A stretch of 64,000 nt of DNA from NCBI RefSeq assembly GCF_006345805.1, contig NC_043007.1:18352001-18416000 (forward strand), given 5' to 3'. The position numbers were made by a program, and so were the translations under genes. The stretch comes from Octopus sinensis (taxonomy: Eukaryota). Positions 36,572 to 48,734 of the stretch are shown here, piece after piece. The notes below the pieces were generated by a model. It saw only the letters and a list, made by a program, of their open reading frames with translations, did not search any database and was not told the origin of the DNA. Position 1 is the first letter of the stretch. Every line of letters begins with the position of its first letter.

Positions 36572-37076
36572 TCTATATATATAAAACTCTAGTTGTGTGA
36601 GTGTCTGTCCCCTTCGATTTAGATTCCTAACTCCTCCCACATTTTGCGGTGCAGTTTAACCAAATTCGGGTATCTTATAGTCGTGATTCATATCGAGCCC
36701 GTCTGACTATTAGTGCGCGTCAACGATGAGTCTACGATTTTAAAAATAATTTAACATTATTTTTTATTCCATTTTAATGCATAAAATGCATCGTATGTCG
36801 ATGGCGGCGGAGTTGGCGTCCACGCTCACAGCTGCACCTGTTTGCTTCTCCCCCTTCCCTCCCTTGTGAAGCTGTGGGGAAGGGAGTGTAAAGAAATCAA
36901 TGTCGTAATGCGTTGTGAAGGAAACCAGCGTTCTTTTAGAACAACGACTTCATGGCTTGAAGACACCAAAATAAAAATGGCTAAGAAAGCCCGAATTTAT
37001 AAGGGAAGTAACTCTCTAAAAATGCTTATATAGTTATTTCCCTTACAAGCCCGAGCAACGCCGGGCGATACTGCTA

Positions 37077-37077
<1 letters not shown>
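36572..37077 (+). mobile_element. Non-autonomous Helitron-like element
   Basis: A|TCTATATATATAAA 5' end; subterminal hairpin GCCCG-AGCAACGC-CGGGC (37049-37066); CTAG|T 3' end. Isolated 3' ends of related elements near 15590-15632 and 35197-35240. Confidence 0.75.
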
Positions 37078-37119
<42 letters not shown>

Positions 37120-37199
37120 TATATATTATATATATATATATTATATATTATATATATACATATGATATATATTATACATATGATATATATATACATATG

Positions 37200-37231
<32 letters not shown>

Positions 37232-37232
<1 letters not shown>

Positions 37233-37435
37233 AGGTGCAATGGCCTAGTGGTTAGGGCAGCGGACTGGCGGTCGTAGGATTGCGGTTTCGATTCCCAGAC
37301 TGGGTGTTGTGAGTGTTTATTGAGCGAAAACACTTAAAAGCTTCACGAGGCTCCGGCAGGGGGTGGTGGTGATCCTTGCTGTACTCTTTTGCCACAACTT
37401 TCTCTTACTCTTACTTCTGTTGGCCTGCTCACTTA
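37232..37435 (+). mobile_element. tRNA-derived SINE family D, 5' part
   Basis: A box TGGCCTAGTGG, B box GGTTTCGATTCC; matches 46474-46857. Confidence 0.75.
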
Positions 37436-37497
37436 GAGATGTGATTGTTTCACTTTTGACACATAATACCGGGGCAGTCTAAGAGATTGGTCTGGGC

Positions 37498-37499
<2 letters not shown>

Positions 37500-37543
<44 letters not shown>

Positions 37544-37915
37544 TGTGTACAGTGCTCAGGTGCACTACAACTCATCTAAAGTGTATATATAATCAGGTGT
37601 AGTTTCGGCGGATTTCGGAAAGCATGAGGGCCTTAAAGGATGCAGTGTCATGGCAGTCAACAACTGATGCAGGCAGTTTATTCCACGCTTCAGCAACCCT
37701 GAGCGTGAAAAAATGTTTCCAAAAGTCATGGGAGCTGTGCTGTTTTCTGACTTTGTAGGCATGTCCATGTGTGTTAGACACATGGAGATCAAAAAGGTGT
37801 TCAGTGTTGTTGTTGGTGAGGTGGTTGATAACTTTGTGGGTGTTTACCAAGTCCGTCGCCAGACGCCGGAGCTTCAGTGAATCCATGCCCAGGGAAACAA
37901 GGCGGCAAGAAGTTG
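37500..37915 (-). mobile_element. CR1-type LINE 3' end
   Basis: SLGMDSLKLRRLATDL...HFFTLRVAEAWNKLPASVV; (ATT)n tail at 37503-37543. Confidence 0.88.
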
Positions 37916-38274
37916 ACAACTTTTGTGGCCCATGGTTGGGTAGTTCTCAAGTTTTAGTGATGCACACATATACACAGAAACACACACACACACACATTCT
38001 CAGATTCCTATATATAGATAACCATCAAAAACATTTTTGATATTTGATAGAAAGACTTTTCTTTTTGTTTTTTGTTTTTTTATACATCATTTCAAGGTCA
38101 TCAGTTATGTAGGACAAGTTTTAGTTTCTGCTGTAATAACAAATTAATAATGTTGATATAAAGTAATGTAGTAGCAATCATTATCATCTTCATCATCATC
38201 ATCGTCGTCGTCATTGTCATCATCATTATCATCATCATCATTGTCATTTAATGGCATGATATTGTAATATTGGT

Positions 38275-38558
38275 GCAATACATACATACATGCATGCATA
38301 TATTCATACATCCATACATCTATGAATACATACACACATGCATACATACATACATACATGCATACATACATACACACATGCATACATACATACACACATG
38401 CATATGCATATATGTACACATACATACATACATACATACATACATACGTACATATGTACATACATGCATACATACATACATGCATATGCATACATGCACA
38501 CATACATACATATATGCATACGTACATATGTACATACATACATACATACATACATACA

Positions 38559-38592
<34 letters not shown>

Positions 38593-38605
38593 CATACATA
38601 CATAC
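38275..38605. repeat. (ATAC)n-based compound microsatellite
   Basis: Direct reading. Confidence 0.9.
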
Positions 38606-39049
38606 TTGCAAGAAGGAATGAATGGCAGGCTTCATTCAGTTTCCATCAACCAAATTTACTCACAAGGCTTTGAAGAACCCGAGGCTATAGCAGAAGACAC
38701 CTGCCTACGGTGCCATCCAGTGAATCTGAACATAAAGTTGCATGAGTGGGAAACAAACTGCAAGGTCTGTGTCTGTTGGCAATATGGCGGAAAAATTGCT
38801 ATAATATTATTATCAAGTGATGTTGTTTGAAAATTATATTATTACTAGCTGCCCCCATGCTGTCAAAAATGACAGCTAATTGTCGTACTTTATATAAATA
38901 TGGATGGTAAATCAAATTAATACACTTGTCAGTGTCATCTAGTGATTGTCTTTTGAGATGTGATATTCATCATCGTTTGTTACTGAAAGAACACTGGTTC
39001 ACACGTACAAACATTCACATTCTTCCCTTGTATATGACACACACATTCT

Positions 39050-39460
39050 TTTACTCTTTTACTCTTTTACTTCTTTCAGTCATGTGACTGTGGCCATGCT
39101 GGAGCACTGCTTTTAGTCAAGCAAATTGACCCCAGGACTTATTCTTTGTAAGCCTAGTACTTATTCTATCAGTCTCTTTTTGCTGAACCGCTAATTTCCG
39201 GGAGACGTAAACACACCAGCATCGGTTGTCAAGCGATGTTGGGGAGAACAAACACAGACACACAAACATATACAAACACAGACATATATATATATATATA
39301 TACGATGGGCTTCTTTCAATTTCCATCTACCAAATCCACTGATAAGGCTTTGGTGGGCCTGAGGCTATAGTAGAAGACACTTGCCCAAGGTGCCACACAG
39401 TTGGACTGAACCCAGAACCATGTGGTTCGTAAGCAAGCTACTTACCACACAGCCACTCCT
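39050..39460 (-). mobile_element. SINE family A, full length
   Basis: Head, central domain and tail present. Confidence 0.85.
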
Positions 39461-39680
39461 ACGTCTGATGATAATGATGATGATGATGATATATACAAAA
39501 TAATGAAGGCAGCTATATGCAATACAAAACCAAAGAGGCAAAATTCAATTGTCTCTAGCTGTGATTGAGGGTGCAGGATAGCGCCTATATTGCTAGAAAC
39601 AACAGCTAAAAAACCCTTACAGCTGCAGTAAGCACATTTTATATACTGACAGGGGAGATAACTATCCCACAGCAAACAAG

Positions 39681-39730
39681 ATCACTGTACAGTGGTTTTG
39701 TTTGAAAATTACAAACTCATCAGTAGTTAC
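39681..39730 (-). ncRNA. Decayed minimal hammerhead-like motif
   Basis: GUAACUA CUGAUGA GUUUG UAAUUUU CAAAC AAAAC CACU GUA|CAGUGAU; G12 replaced by A at a CpG site, stem I imperfect. Confidence 0.4.
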
Positions 39731-40449
39731 TACTTTGTGGCCAGATGGCTAAACTAAATCCCAACTGTCAGTATATATAGTTACCATTTGAGTTTATGGT
39801 TGATTTAGCAAACTTCTCATACTGAGACTGAGGGTGCAGGGTAGCACATCCATTGCTAGAAATAAAAGCTGAAAAGCCCTTATACACAAACACACCATGT
39901 ATTTTTTTGTTTGTTCCTTCATCAGTGCCGGTTTCCTGGTTTCTTGACGTATAGGTTCCCCACCTGGATGGGATGCCAGTCCGTCACAGGTGAGCTGCAA
40001 GATGCAGGAGGAAAGAGTGAGAGAAAGTCAGCAGAAGTTCGCCATTACCTTCTGCCAGAGTTGCATAGAGCTTAAGTGTTTCGCTTATAAACACACACAT
40101 CGCTCAATCTGAGATTCGAACCTGCAATCCCTCGACCACGAGTCCACTGCTCAAACCACTAGGCCATGTGCCTCAACACATTTATGTATGTTTATGTATA
40201 TATTTGTATACATATATATATGTGTGTGTTTCTATGTTTGTGTCTCCTTGTCTTGACGCCGTGTCATTATTGTAAATGAACATTGTTCAGTTCCTATATT
40301 CCGTGAAATCATGTCTGGCCAAAGGGAAAATATTAATTTGCTTGGAAAAAGATAAGGGTTAGCAACAGGAAGAGCATCTGACTGTAGAAAATCTGATTCA
40401 GTAAATACTGTCCAACAACATGCAAGCATGGAAAAGTGTGAATAGTTAA

Positions 40450-40613
40450 ATGATGATGATGATGATGATGGTGATGATGATGCTGATGATGATGATGATG
40501 ATGATGACGACGATGATGACGATGATGATGACGACGATGATGACGATGATGATGACGATGACAACGATGATGACGATGACGATGACAACGATGATGACGA
40601 TGACGATGACAAC

Positions 40614-40646
<33 letters not shown>

Positions 40647-40677
40647 AATGATGATGATGTTGGTGATGATGATGGTA

Positions 40678-40708
<31 letters not shown>

Positions 40709-40740
40709 CGACGACAATAATGATGATGATGATAATGGTG
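40450..40740. repeat. (GAT/GAC)n microsatellite at the tail of a short retroposon fragment (40290-40450)
   Basis: Direct reading. Confidence 0.9.
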
Positions 40741-41343
40741 TTATTTTAGAATCCATTTGAGGTCTCTTCAAGGGCAGAAGTGATAAGAAATTTATTGTAA
40801 AAGTGAGTATGTTACATGGCAATGAAATTTTATCCATGAGAGTTAGATTTCTTTTTTGTTCATTGTTAACAATATTAATCATCTACTCATAAAGATATAA
40901 AGTTCTTTATCAAAGCTATCAAAAAAAGTGTGATTTAAAATTAATCTGTTTAAGGTTGATTATCTTGTCAGTGTTGCGGTAATGTATATAAATACCCCCA
41001 GTGTAGTTTCATTAGCGATTGTAAGAAACAAAATAAAAACTATTGTAAAATATATAATACAAGCTGTGTTGAGGAGGTTGTAAAACTGTTTTACGTAGGA
41101 AAATGGTTCTGTACATTATTCACTAATTGCAACACAAGATTTTATTTGATCATGAAATGGAGTGATAAAACATAAACATATAAATATGTATACATAGTAT
41201 AAACCAGGCATGGCTGTGTGGTTAGAAGCTTGCTTCTCAACCATATGATTCCTGGGTTTAGCCACACTGCTTGGCACCTTGGGGTTAGTGTTTTCTACTA
41301 TAGCCCCAAACATCAAAACTGAAAGAAGCCATTGTATGTGTGC

Positions 41344-41375
<32 letters not shown>

Positions 41376-41384
41376 ACATATACG

Positions 41385-41618
41385 TGTCAGTGACACGTAA
41401 AAGCACCAACCGATCATGGCCATTTGCCAGCCTGCTCTGGCCCCTGTGCCAGTGGCATGTAAAAAACACCCACTACACTCACGGAGGGGTTGGCGTTAGG
41501 AAGGGCATCCAGCTGTAGAAACACTGCCAAATCAGACTAGAACCTGGTGCAACTTCCATGGCTTATCAGACCCCAGTCGAACCGTACAACCCATGCTAGC
41601 ATGGAAAACGGACGTTAA

Positions 41619-41650
<32 letters not shown>
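41385..41650 (+). mobile_element. RTE 3' UTR-derived repeat
   Basis: Conserved terminal motif and (GAT)n tail. Confidence 0.75.
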
Positions 41651-41669
41651 ATATATATATATATATATA

Positions 41670-41983
41670 TAATAAAAGGGTAAAATTTATTAATTAAATT
41701 AATTAATTAATCAATCAGTTAATTAATAATTTCCCCAAGTAGATCAGTATGTTAACATAACCTTTATAGGTAAAATTATACAAATATTTTATAATTATAA
41801 ACATAATTATAATTTGGGTTCGGCTAATTGCTTCACAACATACCAAATTTAGAAATAGAAATTAAAATTCCTTTTCTACTACTATTTTAATTTCTATTTC
41901 TAAATTTGGTATGTGGTGAAGCAATTAGCCAAACCCAAATTATAATTATGTTTATAATTATAAAATATTTGTATATATATATA

Positions 41984-42030
<47 letters not shown>

Positions 42031-42715
42031 TTTTGAGAATATTATTGTTTATAATAACACCATTGGATTAGCATGCATAAAAAAAGTATAACAGTAAAAA
42101 AATTATCAGTTAATAATTAAGGGTATTAACAAGCAGTACTGGTATGCTAAATATACCAGGGAAAATTACCAAACCACAAGTTTTCACTTAAACACAAAGG
42201 TGAAAATGGGCAAATGAATAGGAATCCTAAAACCCCGTACCAATGACGAAAATAATCAAAAATTGGAAAAGCCAGACATACCCATATCACCATGATTTTG
42301 AACTTTGAGAAAAACTCTTAGATCCTCTTCAGGGAGTCTTACTGACCCTGGGTTATAGAGATTATTCATCTCATCAATGTGTACGATGACTGTTTTTAAT
42401 GTCGCAGCAAATTTTAAAAAAATTGATCGAAATGAATAAAAATTATTTAAATACATATGAGAATATTGTTGTTTATAATAATATCAGTGACTTAGCATGT
42501 GTAAAAAACCCATTACAGTAAAAAATGATCAATTATAATTAAGGGTAATAACAAGCAGTACCAGCATGCTAAATATAGCAGTCAAAATGATCAAACCAGG
42601 ATTTTTATTCATTTACCTGCTTTCACCTTGGTGTCTAAGTGGAAATTTGTGGTTTGCTCATTTTGACTGCTATATTTAGCATGCCAGTACTACCTGATAG
42701 TACCCTTAATTATTA
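41670..42715. repeat. Cluster of Penelope-like terminal-repeat derivatives with inverted and direct duplications
   Basis: 92-bp-arm hairpin 41777-41868/41884-41975; direct repeat 42036-42175 vs 42459-42598; inverted repeat 42536-42600 vs 42650-42715. Confidence 0.7.
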
Positions 42716-42759
42716 ATATATGTGTGTGTGTGTGTGTGTATCGTTTGAAGAAATACATA

Positions 42760-43610
42760 AATTCAGAAGGAAAGCACTCTCTAAGATGTAGAGCAGTTAA
42801 TATTATAATGGGGGAGGCTGGTTTATGGGGTTACTCTGGCTTTCTCACTCATAAGGGGTTTAGCCTTATGGCCTATCTTCAGACCCCAAACACTGCTGGC
42901 CTAAGACCTCTTCAAAGTATGGAGGGGGAAATGTCTCATTATAAAGGTAAAAACTAGGTCATTATCTCCCTTTGCCATTGGTCATCAAGCTTTGGCCATG
43001 CCGCCATCTTGCAGTCACCAAAGGGCCATGAAGGTAAATGACTATCTCCCTTCGACCTTGGCTTTTGGCTTCCAGCTGTAGCATCGCCTTACCAATTCTA
43101 AAAGACTAGCAGGAATATTCTAAAATGCAAGCATGGCCTGAAAATCTCCATCCTGGAGTTCAGAATGTTCCCTGGTATGAGTGAGTCTTTTAGGATTCTC
43201 GTGCATTTGACAATGCATAACTTACAACGTTTTGTCTTGTTGATGTAGAGACCTGGGTTCTCAAGTGTTTTCCATGCAGTCAAGTATGGTATCCCTTTGT
43301 CTCTTAGTTGCCAGACATGGCTGGCCAGCAATGTCATATATCTCCTTTCCGGGACTCTGAAGAATTCCTAGTGCATCCCATGTATTTCTGTGGGCACATG
43401 ATGTCAGTGCACTTGTTGCTGTTGTCGTTGGTGCTGTTCCTACTGCACTTGCTGCTGCCATTGTTGCTGATGGAGTTGGGGATGCTGCTGTTGGTGTTGG
43501 TGTCACTGCTGGCGATGGTGGTGGTGTCAGTAATATTTTCGTCCCTGTGCATGGTGCAGTCATTGTTGTATACATACGAGTGAGCTGACAAATGAAAGAA
43601 GGGCACTCAG
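42760..43610 (-). mobile_element. Penelope-like element 3' remnant with GIY-YIG C-terminus
   Basis: PQKYMGCT.../LLASHVWQLRDKGIPYLTAWKTLENPGLYINKTKRCKLC...NILNSRMEIFRPCLHFRIFLL (43098-43400), typical of the Penelope GIY-YIG end; frameshifted. Confidence 0.8.
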
Positions 43611-43854
43611 CACATTTATTGGAATTACATGTATGGATCAAAACAGTTTGAGTCAAATTCTGTGCTACTTGAAGTTTGTGAAGCTAATCGTTGGTCAGTG
43701 GAAATTTCCCCTGACCAACAAGCTTCATGAATTTTAAGTAGCGTAAGATTTGAATCAAACAGTTTTAGTCCATACCGGCAGACAGACAGACAGACAGACA
43801 CACACACACACACACACACATACACACATATGTAAGTATATATATATATATATA

Positions 43855-44015
43855 TATGAGTGGTTGGCGTTAGGAAGGGCATCCAGCTGTAGAAACTTTG
43901 CCAGATAAAGATTGGAGCCTGGTGCAGCCATCTGGTTCGCCAGTCCTCAGTCAAATCGTCCAACCCATGCTAGCATGGAAAGTGGACATTAAATGATGAT
44001 GATGATGATGATGAT
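43855..44015 (+). mobile_element. RTE 3' UTR-derived repeat, terminal part
   Basis: gagtggttggcgttaggaagggcatccagctgtagaaac...(GAT)n. Confidence 0.8.
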
Positions 44016-44026
44016 ATATATATATG

Positions 44027-44416
44027 CAGGAGTGGCTGTGTAGTAAGTAACTTGCTTACCAACCACATGATTCCGGGTTCAGTCCCACTGCGTGGCATCT
44101 TGGGCAAGTGTCTTCTACTATAGTCTTGGACCAACCAAAGCCTTGTGAGTGGATTTGGTAGATGGAAACTGAAAGAAGACCATCGTATATATGTATATAT
44201 ATGTGTGTATATGTTTGTGTGTATGTGTTTGTTCCCCCAACATTGCTTGACAACCGATGTTGGTGTGTTTATGTCCCTGTAACTTAGTGGTTCAGCAAAA
44301 GAGACCGATAGAACAAGTACTAGGCTTACAAAGAATAAGTCCTGGGGTCGATTTGCTCGACTAAAGGCGGTGCTCCAGCATGGCCACAGTTAAATGTCTG
44401 AAACAAAGTAAAAAGA

Positions 44417-44418
<2 letters not shown>
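44027..44418 (+). mobile_element. SINE family A, full length
   Basis: Head, central domain and tail present. Confidence 0.85.
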
Positions 44419-44453
<35 letters not shown>

Positions 44454-44499
44454 TATACAAACCTATCTATTTATATGTATATTTGTGTGGGAAGGTGTG

Positions 44500-44541
<42 letters not shown>

Positions 44542-44979
44542 TAAAACAAAATGATGCTAACATTTGTACAATAATCCGTGAAACTTTAAACTATTAGCTT
44601 ACAACAAATTGGTAAATAAAGGACAGAAAGGTATGCAGATCTTAAACCAGTGATAACAAAATTGTTGGAGTTTAAGGTGAGTGGGAGATGATAACTAAAC
44701 AATGTGACCTTATTGTTGTCAGCTCCTGAGTAAGGAAGGCATTTCATTTGTCACCTGATCAAACTGTTTCAATTTAACATGTAAACTTAACTGGTTATTA
44801 TTAACTCTTTAGTATTTATATCGGCCATATCAGAGTCAAATATTGCACCTGTTTTAAGTTCAAATGAACCAAATCTCTCATGATTAGCCTACATTGACAT
44901 TTTAAACCTAAACAATCACATCATTGAAGTCTCAGAGCTACAAGGTAATGCATGATTAATTCAGAATATGACTATATGT

Positions 44980-45290
44980 GAAGACGCAATGACCCAGTGG
45001 TTAGGGCAGTGGACTCACAGTCAGAGGATCGTGGTTTTGATTCCCAGACCAGGCATTGTGTGTGTTTATTGAGTGAAAATATCTAAAGTTCCACGAGGCT
45101 CCAGCAAGGGGTGGTGGCGACCCCTGTTGTACTCTTTCGCCCCAACTTTCTGTCACTCTTTCTTCCTGTTTCTTGAGTAATGCTACGATGGACTGGCGTC
45201 CTGTCCAGCTGGGGGGATCCCATATGCCACAGAAACTGGGAAACTGAGCCCATGAGCCTGGTTAGGCTTGAAAAGGGCGAGAAAAAAAAA
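44980..45290 (+). mobile_element. tRNA-derived SINE (family D head, family C-like tail) with ~10-bp TSD, inside a TTAA MITE
   Basis: Flanked by ATGACTATAT on both sides; host 44802-45335 ends TTAA..GGGTTAA. Confidence 0.65.
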
Positions 45291-46473
45291 TGACTATATA
45301 AGCATTACATTGTATTTGAATTGTATAGGGTTAACACACATAGTACTTAATAACTAATATTCATTGCTCGTCTAAAAATGAATGAAACTTTGTTAGTTTC
45401 AGCAATGAGTGTTCCAGTGGTTGGACCAATTGATCTTCATAGCAGTTTAATTAGCATGTTTGTGGTTGAGTATTCCACAGACATGCAGCAACTTAATGTA
45501 ATTCTAAGAGGAAATCATCAGCATGATACAGTGTTGTATGAAACAAGGATGGCTCTTTGAATTTTGCATAACAGGTATGGACCAGTAGCATAGCTGGGGG
45601 TTGGGGGGAAGCAATGGGTGCAGTCTGACCTAGGTGACACTTTTATGGCAGACAGCACTTTTGGGTCCACTGTATAATCCTATATGGGCTTGAAAAGCAG
45701 GGTTATCTTAAGACTGTTTACCCATTACACTCTAATGAGAATGGTTAATTAATTCTCATTCGTATGTACTCCAAAAGTTATCTCTAGGCAGACACAATGA
45801 GATATGGTTCATAACAAGACTGGATCTTTGAATCATATGTACAAATCTATTCATATTGGTTTCTTCATTATACATCTGTTATTTCCTTTGTTTCTTTTTC
45901 TATGTTGGTTGAATGCTCATTTGAGCGTTCATTGATTGGTTGAGTGCTCATGCGAGATAGTATTTTTATGCTTGGATTGTTTTAATATCACCAATGCTTT
46001 ACTATATTACAAGTGAGGAACACCTTATCCCAGCACTACAAAAGTGCAGGGAGATGGAACGTATAACCATAATCTTTTCTACTCTAGGCACAAGGCCCGA
46101 AATTTCTGGGGAGGGGGCCAGTCGATTAGATCGACCCCAATACGCAACTAGTACTTAATTTATCGACTTAATGTAATCGACTTAATCCATTTGTCTGTCC
46201 TTGTTTGTCTCCTCTGAGTTTAGCCCCTTGTGGGTAGTAAAGAAATATATATGTATGTATACATGTATATATATGCTACAGGTTTCTATCTAGTTCATTT
46301 GCAAACATTGTTTGGCCCAGGGCTAAAGTAGAAGAGACTTGCCCTAGGTGCTGTACTGCGAGACAGAACTGAAAACTGTTTATCTTAGTCCCCTCTGTAC
46401 TTCCGTACTTTTATTTGTAGGTACGCTGCACATGTGTCAGTGTGTGTGCACGTGCACATGTGTATATATGTAT

Positions 46474-46857
46474 GGAAGCACTCCGTCGGTTACGACGATG
46501 AGGGTTCCGGTTGATCCGAATCAACGGAACAGCCTGCTCATGAAATTAACGTGTAAGTGGCTGAGCACTCCACTGACACGTGCACCCTTAACGTAGTTCT
46601 TGGGGATATTCAGCGTGACACAGAGAGTGACAAGGCCGGCCCTTTGAAATACAGGTACAACAGAAACAGGAAGTAAGAGTGAGAGAAAGTTGTGGTGAAA
46701 GAGTACAGCAGGGATCACCACCATCCCCTGCTGGAGCCTCGTGGAGCTTTTTAGGTGTTTTCGCTCAATAAACACTCACAATGCCTGGTCTGGGAATCGA
46801 AACCGCGATCCTATGACTGTGAATCCGCTGCCCTAACCACTGGGCCATTGCGCCTTC
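46474..46857 (-). mobile_element. tRNA-derived SINE family D, full length
   Basis: Reverse complement GAAGGCGCAATGGCCCAGTGGTTAGGGCAGCGG...GGTTTCGATTCCC head; many CpGs retained. Confidence 0.8.
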
Positions 46858-47520
46858 ACACATACATACATATACAGACACACACACACGTGTGCATGTA
46901 TGTGTGTATCTATATGTATGTATACATGTATATATATATATATGCTACAGGTTTCTATGTAGTTCATTTGCAAACATTGTTTGGCCCAGGGCTAAAGTAG
47001 AAGAGACTTGCCCTAGGTGCTCTACTGTGAGACAGAACTCAAAACTGTTTATCTTAGTCCCCTCTGTACTTCCGTACTTTTATTTGTAGGTATTGCTGCA
47101 CATGTGTCAGTGTGTGCACGCGTGCACATGTGTATATACATCATCAGCAATATTTTATATTCCCTGACTTATCTTCTTTATCGTGTTGTTATTTGTCTTG
47201 AATCCATAATTTACATTCGTAAAGCAGTTAACATGCATTAAAAACACTTCACTTTCCTCGCTGCTGGTCCTCTCCCCCCTTCCCAACCTCCTCTCCCTAA
47301 TTCCCCCCGCCTCTTCCACACCCCTACCCCCCAATCCCCTTACCTTCCCAACCACCTTCCTAAATCTATTGCTTGTCATAACTATTTTTGATTTTTTATC
47401 TTTTTACGTTTTATAAATATATTTTTCATTATTTTATACTTTTATCAACAGAACTATATTTAAGCACATCATCATCAGCATCATCGTTATCATTATTAAC
47501 AACAACAGTAATTGTTGTTA

Positions 47521-47573
<53 letters not shown>

Positions 47574-47839
47574 ATTATCATTATTATTATTATTATTTTT
47601 TTTTTCTTCTTCTTTCAAATTTGCTTCCATTTCTTGCCGAGCGTCTTCCCGACTCCTAGGGCAAAGAAACTCATAGTATACATTGGTAGGCCATTAAACC
47701 AAACACAATAGTTCGTTCATTTTTTTTTTTTAAGGTTAAATTAAAATACATGGGCAGTAACAGCTCTCACAGCGACAATGCTCTTCTCAATATGTGTGAT
47801 GTACCAGTTAAGACAATCTTTTATTATTATTATTATTAT

Positions 47840-48057
47840 TATTAAGGTGGTGAGCCGGCAAAATCGTTAGCATGCCAAGCAAAATGCTTAGCAGTATTTC
47901 ACCCATCGCTGCATTCTGAGTTCAAATTCTACCAAGGTGAACTTTGCCTTTCATCCTTTTGGGGTCAATGAAATATGTATCAGTTATGTACTGGGGTCGA
48001 TATAATTGACTAATCCCTTGCCACAAAATTTCAGGCTTTGTGCCTTTAATAGAAAGG

Positions 48058-48060
<3 letters not shown>
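47840..48060 (+). mobile_element. Nin/Deu-domain SINE
   Basis: Family B motifs, (ATT)n tail. Confidence 0.7.
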
Positions 48061-48127
<67 letters not shown>

Positions 48128-48129
<2 letters not shown>

Positions 48130-48663
48130 GAGTGAGAGAGCAGTGCATGCCATCAAAGTGACACTGGGGTAAAATATACAAAGCCCAGTGATAAGGGTAC
48201 ACTAGGTACATGCATCACAACCAAATGTGTGCATGACATGGTGATCTCGTATCAAGATAAACACCGCAGGACCTTGCAGGTGGGGCCCAGTTAGAATTTT
48301 CTTGTGGTTGAGTAGCCCATCCCACTCAAAAGGTCCCTGAATAAGGGTTGTTTAAGGATGTTGAAAGAGCCTCCCATGTTTCCAAACGTGAATTATCTAA
48401 ACCCCAAAGAATCCCTCTCAACACATGGCTATGATGCTCCCCAACTACTTCTGCTCGAGATCAGAGATGCACATATCGTCAGCCACTAAGGGACATGCTC
48501 AACTGGTTATGGTCAAACAACTGACAAACAAATCTGTGGTATTGAGCAGAATATTTGCTGTAGCCCATCTTTTATACCAAGACAAAACAATGTACATGAT
48601 AACACTTCCAATCAGTTAAGATCAGAAGCCACAAGAGCCACTGCCTGGTACTGCATCAGGGCA
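48128..48663 (+). mobile_element. Unclassified interspersed repeat family X, longest copy
   Basis: Shares ~230 bp with 31205-31432; embedded in (ATT)n. Confidence 0.7.
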
Positions 48664-48680
48664 TTGATTATTATTATTAC

Positions 48681-48731
<51 letters not shown>

Positions 48732-48734
48732 CAT

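Noticed and set aside
37232-37310. tRNA gene candidates (also 44980, 46790, 27779, 15430)
   Set aside because: A/B boxes continue into SINE bodies and acceptor stems are not intact.
42285-42338. Hammerhead at CTGAAGA GGA...TTC AAAA TCATGGTGATA (minus)
   Set aside because: G12 lost and stem I out of register; counted only as a decayed relic.
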